Virus record (IMG/VR): IMGVR_UViG_3300032190_000027
Span: 1 to 39,597 of that record
Source of the DNA: a virus
Taxonomy: Duplodnaviria; Caudoviricetes
Length of the DNA stretch: 39,597 bases
Reading direction: 5' to 3' (one strand)
The position numbers were made by a program, and so were the translations under genes. The notes beneath the pieces are model-generated. The model worked only from the letters and a program-made list of their open reading frames with translations, searched no databases and had not been told where the DNA came from. How positions within the stretch are numbered: position 1 is the first letter of the stretch; each line of letters opens with the position of its first letter. This document shows positions 1 to 8,553 of this stretch, piece by piece.

Positions 1-16
1 ATACCAGCACCTCCCC

Positions 17-646
17 TCACGTTTCCAGCATCGCAATTATCCGGTAGTTGGGCTGGTACGTTGTAGAGCCATCGTGATTCCAGGCGTAGAAGCTCGCGCC
101 TGTAGTGCTGATAGATTCAATTACCGCGAAGGCCTTATAGCCTGAGGTACCATAATCCGTTTCCAGGGAGACAACGCAGACAGGAGGAGATGGGAATGCA
201 GTTGTCCACGTAGTGCTACCTGGCGCACCGCTATAGCTTGAATTCCCGGTTGCGCGCTTCGCTTCTATGTGTGGTGCCTGTAGGTCAGACGCATGCATCC
301 CGTCCAACATATCGGCATTGAGGTTGGGGACCAAGGTCCTGCTCGTCACCTGTAGTGGGCTCGTCCCGTCGGCCACGTCCGAGATGAGGTGCTTGGCGGT
401 GAGGCTCCCCGAGCCGTCGCGCTTGGCTATCGTGTTCGCGGTTGAGGCTGTGGCCACGCCGGAGGCCAGCGACTCGTCGGGAATCGGCGGCCCGTCGCCA
501 GCCGCGCCCGAGTGCGTGTGCCCGTTAGTGGCGTTCAGCGCAGCGTCGAGGTCGGCCTTGGCCTCGTCGTACTGGGTCTCCCAGTGGTTGGCCAGGGTCG
601 CCGTGATCACGTCTCCGGTCACCCAGACGGTCTTCGAATAGGCCAC
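17..646 (-). CDS. Tail fibre / receptor-binding protein with C-terminal H-type-lectin/gp53-like domain
   Basis: MAYSKTVW..GD start, NADMLDGMH fibre motif, C-terminal AFPSPPVCVVS...ISTTGASF...RIIA pattern; last tail gene in the window. Confidence 0.7.
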   Translation of the reverse strand: MAYSKTVWVTGDVITATLANHWETQYDEAKADLDAALNATNGHTHSGAAGDGPPIPDESLASGVATASTANTIAKRDGSGSLTAKHLISDVADGTSPLQVTSRTLVPNLNADMLDGMHASDLQAPHIEAKRATGNSSYSGAPGSTTWTTAFPSPPVCVVSLETDYGTSGYKAFAVIESISTTGASFYAWNHDGSTTYQPNYRIIAMLET

Positions 647-647
647 T

Positions 648-998
648 CTACCTCACCCCCGGGTGCGTGCCGAGGACGACCTCAAGATTCTCTATCCGGC
701 TGATGGCCTTGACCTCCTCGAGGGTCAGCCCCCGGACGTTCCCGTACTTGCAGGCCAGAACCTCGGGGCTCAAAGTCGCGGCAATCTCGTCGATCCTGGC
801 CTGAATCTCGGCGTTGGTCCTACCCTCGGCCCACTCGAGATCGTCGAGCTTGGCCCGCTGCATGGCAATCTCCTGACCGAGGGTCTCTACCAGGTGGCCG
901 CCGACTCGGGCGTGGACCTTCTTCCCGCGCTCGAGGTCATTCACCATCGTTTCGACGGCGCGCCTCCGCATGGCCAGGCGCTCAGCCTTGGTGGGCAT
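648..998 (-). CDS. Hypothetical tail-module protein
   Basis: GAGGAG RBS plus ATG; tightly packed between tail genes. Confidence 0.75.
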   Translation of the reverse strand: MPTKAERLAMRRRAVETMVNDLERGKKVHARVGGHLVETLGQEIAMQRAKLDDLEWAEGRTNAEIQARIDEIAATLSPEVLACKYGNVRGLTLEEVKAISRIENLEVVLGTHPGVR

Positions 999-1017
999 GA
1001 GACTCTCCTCCTAGACA

Positions 1018-1509
1018 CTAGACGCCCCACGCGGGGACGATGGTGTAGGTGACGCCCAAAGATGGCGTCTTCTCGATAGGTGAGTGGACGGCCCGGAGGT
1101 AGAGAGTGCCGCTACCCGGCGTGGCGGTGGCGCCGTTGCCGAAGACCCCGACCTCGCGCAGGGTGTTGCCGTTGGCTACTGTCGAGCCGAGGTAGTAGGT
1201 GATTGTGAGCTGACCCGAGCCTTTGGTCAGGTTCGTGAACGGCGCCCGGTGAACCTCGGCCACCAGGGCGGTGTCGTTCACGGTCGGGGGCGTCCCGTCC
1301 GTCCCGATGGCCAGGTGCGTCAGCCCGGTCACCGGGTCGCCGGCCATGAAGTCGCGGATGAGGTTCCGGCCGGTCAGGGGGACCAGGTTGTGCACCCGCT
1401 CCCGGCCGAGATGCCGAGGCCGCCCCCTCCCGTCCAGCCGCCAGAGGTCGAGGTACAGCGTCCAGGCCGAGACCAGGCCGTCGGGGGCCGGTGCCACGAT
1501 ACTACGCAT
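1018..1509 (-). CDS. Tail-tip/baseplate protein (tail-collar-fibre-like)
   Basis: HNLV..GR, HLAIGTDGTPP..DTAL, ANG.TLREVGVF and IEKT motifs typical of this family. Confidence 0.75.
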   Translation of the reverse strand: MRSIVAPAPDGLVSAWTLYLDLWRLDGRGRPRHLGRERVHNLVPLTGRNLIRDFMAGDPVTGLTHLAIGTDGTPPTVNDTALVAEVHRAPFTNLTKGSGQLTITYYLGSTVANGNTLREVGVFGNGATATPGSGTLYLRAVHSPIEKTPSLGVTYTIVPAWGV

Positions 1510-2943
1510 CTACGCCACCTCGCTGTAGCCGATTGCCGCGTAGCCGACCCGACTCTCCGGAGCCGCGGTCTCTATGGTGACAGTCTCAGAACAGGCGACC
1601 GGTTCGGCAAAGCGCATCACCCGGATGAGGACCTCGTTCTCCCGGATGACGAAGCGCTTCCCCTGCGACGCCATGCGTGCGAAGAACTCCGGCCAGCCGC
1701 CTACGCCTTGGCCATCCAGACACCGGACACGGAACTCGGGCCCACCGGCGGCGGTGGGGCAGGTCATCGTGACCTGCTCGACCAGGAACTCCCCCGACAG
1801 TCCGTAGCAGTCCTGAAGGATGCTGATGAGCTGCCCGGCGCGGACCCCCTTCACCCGCGTCGAGAAGGTCACGACCCTCGGGATGATGCCGTAACGCTCA
1901 AGGAGGCCGCGGGCCCGTTCCGTCGCCGCCGTCTCGTCGTCGAGGTCCGGAGCCTCGTCGACGCGCTCGTAGATGCCAGTCTCGCCCTCCGCCGTCGACC
2001 GTTCGTCCTGGCCGGCGGGGTCGTCGACCTGCACGATGATTGGGTAGAGCCCGCGGTAGGTCACGACCACTTCGTCGGAGGGCGCGGGCGGGGTCCCGTT
2101 CTGATCCTGGTTCACCTCGTTGCTGCCCTTCTGCCAGTACCAGTCCTTGCCCGTGTCCAGGCCGCGAATGCCGACCGTCTGGGGCTGACCAGCCACGGTG
2201 ATGCTGGGGACCTGCGCCACAGGGTAGGCCAGAACGAACGTCTGCTGCTTGCTGTCGCCGTAGAACCTCTCGGTCTGTTCGAGGGTCACGCCCTGGCCGG
2301 CCCGCAGGAACTGACGGTTGCGATACCGCTCCCTCGTCCTCTCCACCGTCATGTCCCAGTAGTTCTCCGAGTCGTTCTCGATGGAGAGCGGCGCCGGGTT
2401 GGTCTCCCTCGGGAAGCAGTGAATCTCCTTGTCCGGGTCGGCGTACCAGGACCAGCCCACAGTCTCCATCAGCTCGGAGATCGCCTGGCTCGCTGGCAGG
2501 TAGTTGAAGACAGCCTTCGTGATGACGGGGCCGGCCTGGACGTGGTTCGTGGTGAAGCCCTCGCCAGCGCACCAGGTGTCGATGATGTCCCGGACTATCG
2601 CGTCGACCGTCTGCCCCTCGTAGACCGCGGCCACAAGCCGGCGGTCGAGGAGCTGGTGCCAGTCCGTGCAGTCTACCGAGTATCGATGAGGAACGCCCGC
2701 GGGGGTGGCCTTGAAGCGCCGCACCTGGTCGATGGTCCCACCGAAGACCGCCTGACCGTCGACGAGCACCCGGACCGGCACCCCGGGGACGATGACTTCC
2801 CCGATACTCACGTCGAGGTCGTTGACCACGAAGCTGGCAGTGGAACGGGCTCCGAGCCGATCTTCGACCTGGAGACTGCGCAGGTCCACAACGCCTGTCC
2901 GGTCCACGCCTCCGATAATCACCTGCACGGTCATCCTAGACAC
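1510..2943 (-). CDS. Minor tail / tail hub protein
   Basis: Follows the tape measure gene; WSWYADPDKEIH and YRNRQFLRAG hub-like motifs. Confidence 0.75.
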   Translation of the reverse strand: MSRMTVQVIIGGVDRTGVVDLRSLQVEDRLGARSTASFVVNDLDVSIGEVIVPGVPVRVLVDGQAVFGGTIDQVRRFKATPAGVPHRYSVDCTDWHQLLDRRLVAAVYEGQTVDAIVRDIIDTWCAGEGFTTNHVQAGPVITKAVFNYLPASQAISELMETVGWSWYADPDKEIHCFPRETNPAPLSIENDSENYWDMTVERTRERYRNRQFLRAGQGVTLEQTERFYGDSKQQTFVLAYPVAQVPSITVAGQPQTVGIRGLDTGKDWYWQKGSNEVNQDQNGTPPAPSDEVVVTYRGLYPIIVQVDDPAGQDERSTAEGETGIYERVDEAPDLDDETAATERARGLLERYGIIPRVVTFSTRVKGVRAGQLISILQDCYGLSGEFLVEQVTMTCPTAAGGPEFRVRCLDGQGVGGWPEFFARMASQGKRFVIRENEVLIRVMRFAEPVACSETVTIETAAPESRVGYAAIGYSEVA

Positions 2944-4741
2944 CCGCCTTGAGGGTTATCTCCCTGTGCATGTGCGGGAGCACGGCCCGGGCGATGGTCC
3001 TGCCCTCGAGCTGGACGACGATGGTGACAGGCCCCGCCGCGGCCGCGGCCGGCACCTCACGCCCCAGCCTGTGGAGAGGTATGACGGCCTCAGGCACCTC
3101 TCCGATGAGCGCCAGCATCGGCCTGGTGACGATGCCTCCCGTCGCCAGGTGCGGGATGTTCCCCGCTGAGGTCCTGGTGCTCGGGGATGAGGGAGCGGCG
3201 GGCATGTTCCCGGCCGCCTTGTCCTGGGCGCCGAAAAGCCTCCCGAGCCAGTCCAGAGCATCCTGAACCCAGGCGATGATGCTGCGGATGGGATTCAGGA
3301 CCGCATCCACCTTCGTTCGGACCCAGCCCGCGAGCCTGTCCCACCAGCCGTGCCACCAGTCGGAGAACGACTGCCAGGCAGCGGTGAGCCATTCGATGCC
3401 GCTACGGAAGGGACCCAGTAGCCTCTCGATCCATCCCCCGACCCAGGCGATGAGACGGTCCCACCAGGACTCCCACCACGTCGAAAAGCTGTCCCACGCG
3501 CTGACCAGCCAGTCGATGGCCCTCCGGGTCGGCGCGGTGATGAAGTCCCAGACCAGCAACGCCGTGGTCTTCACGTACTCCCAGAGGCCGGTGAGCCACT
3601 CGACGAACCTCGTCCAAGTCTCCCTGAACCAAGTGGTGATCTTGTCCCAGTTCTTGTAGATCAGGTAGGCCAGGCCGGCGATGGCCGCGCCGGCAGCGAT
3701 CCACGGCAGTAGCGGCGCCACGGCAGCCCAAGCGGCCTTGGCCAGGGCTATCAGGGCCGGGACAAGGGCTCCTGCGATGGCACCCGCCACGACCACAATC
3801 TTAGCCTCGAGTTCAGGGGGGACCACCTGCTCCAGGGCCCCCCTAAGGCCAACCTCCTGGACGAGTTCCCGAAAACCTTCTACCTCCTGACGGATGCGCC
3901 CCAGGAACGCTATCGCGCGCTCCGCTACACCCTTCAGGTCGAACGTGTCCACGATGAGATTTCCGATCGGAGCCAGGGTGAGGGTGATGTTGTCCTTGAT
4001 GGTCGACCATAGGCCAAGGAGCGTCTTGCTCTGGTTCTCCATCAGCCCCGCGAACCTGCCGCCCTCGCTGGTGAGCGAGATGAAGGCCCGTTCGAGGTGC
4101 GGGAAGCCTACCATGCCCTGCTCAACTAGGCTCCGCACTTCGGACTCGGCCACCCCGAACTGCTTGGCGAGTTCCTGGATGATAGGGATGCCGCGGCCCG
4201 TGAGCTGGTTGATGTCCTCCATGAAGAGCCGGCCCTGGACCCTGGCCTTCCCGTAAATCTCGGCGATCTCGCCGACCGGGGCTCCGATGCCGGCGGAGAT
4301 GTCGCCGATGCGGCGCAGGCTCGGGATGAGGTTCTCGGTCTCGACACCGAAGGCGCTCAAGGTCTTCGCCGCCTTGGCCAGGTCGGGGAACTGGAAGGGC
4401 GTGCTGGCAGCGAACTCGTTGAGGTCCACGAGGAGCTGCTTTGCCTTCTCGCCGCTCCCGAGCATGGTGGTGAAGGCGACCTCCACCTGCTCGAGCTCGC
4501 CGGAAAGGCCGAGAGACTTGATGGCTAGGCCGCCCGCGGCTGCGGCCAGGCCCGCGAAGGCCCCGGCGAGCATCTTTGACCCCTTCTCGGCCGCGCGCAT
4601 GGAATCACCGATGCGCCGGGAGGCACGCGAGATAGCACTCTCCGCCTCGTTGATTTTGGTCTTGGCCTGTTGGAGCGCCGCGTTGAAGCGATCCAAACGC
4701 AGTTCGAGGTAGCTGTAGATGGAGCCGAGGTTGACCGCCAC
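2936..4741 (-). CDS. Tape measure protein
   Basis: AFTTMLGS..A, FAASTPF, QLTGRGIPI motifs; periodic Trp-rich repeats; C-terminal LATGGIVTRP..ALIGE.PEAVIPL. Confidence 0.95.
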   Translation of the reverse strand: MAVNLGSIYSYLELRLDRFNAALQQAKTKINEAESAISRASRRIGDSMRAAEKGSKMLAGAFAGLAAAAGGLAIKSLGLSGELEQVEVAFTTMLGSGEKAKQLLVDLNEFAASTPFQFPDLAKAAKTLSAFGVETENLIPSLRRIGDISAGIGAPVGEIAEIYGKARVQGRLFMEDINQLTGRGIPIIQELAKQFGVAESEVRSLVEQGMVGFPHLERAFISLTSEGGRFAGLMENQSKTLLGLWSTIKDNITLTLAPIGNLIVDTFDLKGVAERAIAFLGRIRQEVEGFRELVQEVGLRGALEQVVPPELEAKIVVVAGAIAGALVPALIALAKAAWAAVAPLLPWIAAGAAIAGLAYLIYKNWDKITTWFRETWTRFVEWLTGLWEYVKTTALLVWDFITAPTRRAIDWLVSAWDSFSTWWESWWDRLIAWVGGWIERLLGPFRSGIEWLTAAWQSFSDWWHGWWDRLAGWVRTKVDAVLNPIRSIIAWVQDALDWLGRLFGAQDKAAGNMPAAPSSPSTRTSAGNIPHLATGGIVTRPMLALIGEVPEAVIPLHRLGREVPAAAAAGPVTIVVQLEGRTIARAVLPHMHREITLKAGV

Positions 4742-4765
4742 CGGATGCCCCTCCTCTCCGTGGGC

Positions 4766-4942
4766 CTAGAGGATGTCCCCGTCTTCCGAGGCGTCTGACT
4801 GGCGCCGGCTGAGCACGTAGGCGGCGGCCTCGTCGAGCCAGAAAGCCTGGAGGGTCGTTAGACCGGGGACATAATCGCTAGGAGCTCTCCGCCACGTTGC
4901 TGCTACCATTGCCAGCCTCAGGAGCGTCTCCTCGCTCGCGAA
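4766..4942 (-). CDS. Tail assembly chaperone C-terminal (gpT-like) frame, probably reached by frameshift; not in the ORF track
   Basis: Open +1 frame FASEETLLRLAMVAATWRRAPSDYVPGLTTLQAFWLDEAAAYVL...DIL* directly upstream of the TMP gene. Confidence 0.75.
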   Translation of the reverse strand, partial: FASEETLLRLAMVAATWRRAPSDYVPGLTTLQAFWLDEAAAYVLSRRQSDASEDGDIL

Positions 4943-5324
4943 AGGGCTCGAGGGCGGCTACCTCCATCCCGGCGACATGGCTGAAGATGGCCATGTGCTG
5001 CTCGAAGGTCATGGGTGCGATTGCGGCGATCTCGTCGTAGGTGGGCTCGGCCAGCGCCTGCCGGGAGACGACCCGGGCAAGCTCGAGAATGTGGGGAAGC
5101 TCGTCAGGCCCGACCTTGGCCTTCCCGGTCTCGAGCGTCTGGGCGACAAGGGGGTTCCCAACGCCTGCCTCGAGAAGGGCCCCGCTTAGGTCCACGGGCC
5201 GAACCTTGACCCGGATGCTGGTGCCCGGCCGGAAGCCGGGTATCTCGATGAGGGTCGGCTCGGCCTGGGCGCGGATCTCATCCAGAGTACTCACAGTCGC
5301 CTCTTGTCGTTTGGTGCTTGACAC
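4878..5324 (-). CDS. Tail assembly chaperone (gpG-like)
   Basis: Between major tail and TMP genes; AGGAGG RBS before GTG 5324; ends LEPFR plus a short tail. Confidence 0.8.
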   Translation of the reverse strand: MSSTKRQEATVSTLDEIRAQAEPTLIEIPGFRPGTSIRVKVRPVDLSGALLEAGVGNPLVAQTLETGKAKVGPDELPHILELARVVSRQALAEPTYDEIAAIAPMTFEQHMAIFSHVAGMEVAALEPFRERGDAPEAGNGSSNVAESS

Positions 5325-5360
5325 ATGCACCGACCTCCTGGTCAAATCTGCCTGAAGGGG

Positions 5361-5843
5361 GTGGCAACAGTGCCTGCGTGGGGCACTGCCGTGCTGGCCT
5401 CAGCCATAGCCGCTGTCGTGAGCTTCGTGTTGAGCTTAGTCCTGTCTTGGGCCAGAGAGCGAGCCGAGAGGCAGCGCAAGAGGAACTTACTCAAGCGCAA
5501 AACCGGCCGGATAGTGCGTCGGGACTTCGGACTCATTGACGATTACTACCTCGGGCGTGTCGAAGAGGAAGACTTGGTGCGAGACTTGTGTAGTAGAGAA
5601 CTGGACGAGCTCATCATCACTTCGGAGGAGCTCTGGCCGGAGCTCTCGGAGGCACTCGCAGCTTACCGCGACACCCTGCTGGCGTTCAGGCGGGTTCACC
5701 CCATCATCTTTGCGAAGGACACAGATCCGAAATGTGCAGCCGACCCTGTGGTCGAAGCGGCCCATGAGGTCCTGGACATCGCCGGCCTTCAGCGTGTGAA
5801 CCTAGAGCCGTGGGAGGCCCCAGGGGCGTCTCCGACTAGCTGA
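5361..5843 (+). CDS. Antisense moron: protein with N-terminal membrane anchor
   Basis: Hydrophobic WGTAVLASAIAAVVSFVLSLVLSW followed by basic residues; fills the gap between tail genes; start is GTG 5361 or 5370. Confidence 0.75.
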   Translation: MATVPAWGTAVLASAIAAVVSFVLSLVLSWARERAERQRKRNLLKRKTGRIVRRDFGLIDDYYLGRVEEEDLVRDLCSRELDELIITSEELWPELSEALAAYRDTLLAFRRVHPIIFAKDTDPKCAADPVVEAAHEVLDIAGLQRVNLEPWEAPGASPTS

Positions 5844-6438
5844 GCTCAGCCGGCAGGCTGTCGACGAACTCCTTCTTGTAGAGCCCGGCCGAGGTGGACG
5901 GGTTCTCGAGGCAAGTGATCTTGATTTCGGGGACCACCCATTGCCTGTCCTCGAGGGTCTCGCCCCCGAACACGGCCCGGCAGTAGTAGAACGTGTACCT
6001 GACATAGCCCTCGACCCCGCCGCGGCTGTCGTGGCTGGTGGCGTAGACTTCGAGCTGGAAATGAGGCGGGGTCTGCTGGGCCTCGATGGTCGGAGCCTCC
6101 CAGCCGACCACGCGGGTGTCGGAGCCTTCGGTCACCTCGATGAGCGTCCCACCGCCCAACACCTCGATGGCGTGAGCGTCGAACCGGGCATCGTTCAGGG
6201 TGAGGTTGACCCCCACAACGGTGTCGGGATCCTTGACGTGAGCCAGGAGCTTGTCGCCGCCGCGCAGGTCGGCCGACTCGCCGGCGACGACCTCTGTCTC
6301 GACCGAGATCTTCTGCGTGGTCTTAATGCCGTACGGAGTAGCGCCGCCGTCCGGCGTGCCGTCGGCGTTGATGCGGGTGACCACGGCACCCTTGACGCCG
6401 CGGATGTACCCGCGCTTGTTCTGCGGGAGCTGAGCCAT
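5836..6438 (-). CDS. Major tail (tube) protein
   Basis: 200 aa, beta-rich; lies after the terminator-like gene and before the chaperone; GGAGG RBS. Confidence 0.8.
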   Translation of the reverse strand: MAQLPQNKRGYIRGVKGAVVTRINADGTPDGGATPYGIKTTQKISVETEVVAGESADLRGGDKLLAHVKDPDTVVGVNLTLNDARFDAHAIEVLGGGTLIEVTEGSDTRVVGWEAPTIEAQQTPPHFQLEVYATSHDSRGGVEGYVRYTFYYCRAVFGGETLEDRQWVVPEIKITCLENPSTSAGLYKKEFVDSLPAELS

Positions 6439-6441
6439 GAG

Positions 6442-6624
6442 CTAGTCCTCCTTCCGGTCTCGCCGGCTATCCCGGACCCTGCGGCCCGCCGGCGGACTCT
6501 CGATGTAGCCGTTCCTCTGACACAGACGCCCGAGAACCGGCGGCATCGGAGGAGCCTCCTCCCCTGCGATGAGCCGGTAGTCTTGACCCTCGTGCCGGAT
6601 GATCCGGGTCACTAGGACCTTCAC
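6442..6624 (-). CDS. Small hypothetical protein (60 aa)
   Basis: GGAGGTG RBS plus GTG at 6624 (VKVLVTRII...). Confidence 0.6.
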   Translation of the reverse strand: MKVLVTRIIRHEGQDYRLIAGEEAPPMPPVLGRLCQRNGYIESPPAGRRVRDSRRDRKED

Positions 6625-6628
6625 CGGA

Positions 6629-6955
6629 CTACACCTCCAGGGCGGCCACGGTGACGGAGGTGACGTCAGAATAGGTGACCTGGACCCGCCCGGCCGAGTT
6701 GGCGAAGCGGGCCGGGTCGAAGGAGCCGATGAGCCGCTCCTCGCCGGCTGGGACATCGACAGTCAGGTCATGGGTGAAGCCTTGGTCGCAGGCCTTCTGA
6801 CTCTTCACGGTCACGGTGATCTGCGACGCGCCACCGTTCTTGACGTGGATGAAGCGGTTGCCGCCAGCCTCGAACTCGTCCCCCGCAGCCTCAGCCGCGA
6901 CATAGCTCGGGTTCAGGCCGGCATGAGAAACCTTCTGCAAGGTCAGCACTGCCAT
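6629..6955 (-). CDS. Small virion structural protein
   Basis: 108-aa beta-rich ORF of a type common in head/tail modules. Confidence 0.7.
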   Translation of the reverse strand: MAVLTLQKVSHAGLNPSYVAAEAAGDEFEAGGNRFIHVKNGGASQITVTVKSQKACDQGFTHDLTVDVPAGEERLIGSFDPARFANSAGRVQVTYSDVTSVTVAALEV

Positions 6956-6957
6956 GT

Positions 6958-7356
6958 CTAGACACCCCCAGGTTCGGCCAGACAGGCCGCGGTGAACGTG
7001 AGCAGCCGCCCGATGAGCCGGCGCTCCGGGTCGATGAAGTCGCCGCCGCCGGCCGTCCAGAAAAGCTCGTAGCTCGAACCGTCCGCGTCATCGGTGACCG
7101 TGACGCCGTTGAGGCTCTCGAGGACCTCCACCTCGAGGAGGTCCAGGTCCTTGAACGAGCCGGGGTCGTGGTAGATGCGGACCTCTACGGGCTGCGTGCC
7201 GGCGTAGCCGATGCTGGGGCTCCCGACTTGTGTCGCCAGCTTGACCGTGGCGTAGGGCCGGGCCACCTCCGGCCCGGCCAGGAAGGCCTCGTAGACCCGG
7301 CCGCCGAGGCCGGGCAGGGCCGTCTGCAGGTGCATGATGACTGCTCGCCTGAGCAC
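6958..7356 (-). CDS. Tail terminator-like protein
   Basis: GRVY...PYATV motif; synteny. Confidence 0.7.
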   Translation of the reverse strand: MLRRAVIMHLQTALPGLGGRVYEAFLAGPEVARPYATVKLATQVGSPSIGYAGTQPVEVRIYHDPGSFKDLDLLEVEVLESLNGVTVTDDADGSSYELFWTAGGGDFIDPERRLIGRLLTFTAACLAEPGGV

Positions 7357-7359
7357 GAC

Positions 7360-7707
7360 CTAGTCCCCCCAGACCTTCCGGTACGAGTCGAGGATCTCGG
7401 CCGCCGCGGCGTTCAGCGTGGGAGCCAGGATGGCGTGTTTGCCGTCGTTACAGAGCTCCAGGAAGATGCCGTACTCCATGCTGTGGGCCAGGACAATCCG
7501 GACCACATTCCGGCTGACAACGGCCTCGCCACGCAGGCCCAAAAGGGCCTTGTGGCTCCGGTTGATCCAGTAGCGCCCCTGAGACTGTTCCCGCTTCATC
7601 TGTCCCTCGAGGGTTCCGGCCCAGTTCTGAGCCAGCGCGATGGTCGCCGCCTTCTTGCGGTCCGCCCACCCGCGGAGGTTCTGGATAACCTTGTCTGCCC
7701 CCGGCAT
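7360..7707 (-). CDS. HK97 gp10-like tail completion protein
   Basis: W.NRS..A, LAHSMEYGIFLEL..DGKHAIL.PT motifs. Confidence 0.8.
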   Translation of the reverse strand: MPGADKVIQNLRGWADRKKAATIALAQNWAGTLEGQMKREQSQGRYWINRSHKALLGLRGEAVVSRNVVRIVLAHSMEYGIFLELCNDGKHAILAPTLNAAAAEILDSYRKVWGD

Positions 7708-8088
7708 CTAGACCACTTCCTCGACGTCGGCCTGGACAGCGTAGATCTCACCGCCCCAGCACCGCTTCGTCACCCACACGACCCGATAGGCAATCCCCTC
7801 GACGGTGAACGTGTCCTCGACGCCAGAGCCGGCCCGGAGGTCGGCGTCGTGTGGAGCCAAGAGCACCATCCGCCGGCGCCAAGCCAGCCCGGCCTCGTCT
7901 TGGTCCGGCCCGTAGCGCAGCGGGCGTCCGGGCACCAGCCGCCCCGTGAAGGGCGGAAGGTCGGTCTCTGTCTTGGAGCGGCCTCCCTCGCCATCCTCCG
8001 ACCAGGCCACACGGTGGACCACAATCTCCACCGGGTTCTCAGCGATGGCCCGCGCGTGGGCGTCCTTCAGGGCCTCGAGCGTGGTCAC
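7708..8088 (-). CDS. Head closure / stopper protein
   Basis: ADLR..DTFTVEG..YRV motif; synteny. Confidence 0.7.
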   Translation of the reverse strand: MTTLEALKDAHARAIAENPVEIVVHRVAWSEDGEGGRSKTETDLPPFTGRLVPGRPLRYGPDQDEAGLAWRRRMVLLAPHDADLRAGSGVEDTFTVEGIAYRVVWVTKRCWGGEIYAVQADVEEVV

Positions 8089-8453
8089 GACTCGTCACCC
8101 GTCTCGTAGACCTCCGGCGGGTCAAACTCGAAGAGGCGCGAGCCTCGGCCGGACACCTGGGAGGAGTAGTAGGAGGCCATCTCAAGACAGTGCTTCCGGT
8201 AGGTCTCGAGGCTGACGAACTCGTGAGACTCGTCGCCGGCCCGGCTCTTCTCAAGCCCCCCGCGCTCCGACATCGCCCAGGCGGCCTTCTGGCGCCACCC
8301 CGCGGCGGCGGCCTCCTCGATGGAGGAGGCCTCGGTGAGGAGTTCGTCGATCTCGGCGTCCGTGAAGCGGGTGTCCGCGTCCGTACCGCCGGCGGGGATC
8401 CTCTCGTCGAGGAGGCGCCGGAGTTTCGTGCGGAGTTCGGCCGTGGGCTCCAC
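8085..8453 (-). CDS. Head-tail adaptor
   Basis: LRRLL.E...FTDAEIDELL...AAAAGWRQKA; first gene after the capsid gene. Confidence 0.75.
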   Translation of the reverse strand: MEPTAELRTKLRRLLDERIPAGGTDADTRFTDAEIDELLTEASSIEEAAAAGWRQKAAWAMSERGGLEKSRAGDESHEFVSLETYRKHCLEMASYYSSQVSGRGSRLFEFDPPEVYETGDES

Positions 8454-8488
8454 GGCTCACACCTCCCGGGTATTCGGCGCCGAATGAA

Positions 8489-8524
8489 GGAGAGGGGCAG
8501 CCCCCTCGGGGGCTACCCCTCTCC
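8489..8524 (-). terminator. Hairpin/terminator downstream of the major capsid gene
   Basis: GGAGAGGGGTAGCCCCC/GGGGGCTGCCCCTCTCC stem followed by TTCATT on the minus strand. Confidence 0.7.
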
Positions 8525-8553
8525 CCTATCCGCTATCGGCTGTGGGCTGGGAC

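Noticed and set aside
17-646. Diversity-generating retroelement or shufflon acting on the tail fibre
   Set aside because: No reverse transcriptase, template repeat or invertase is visible within the window
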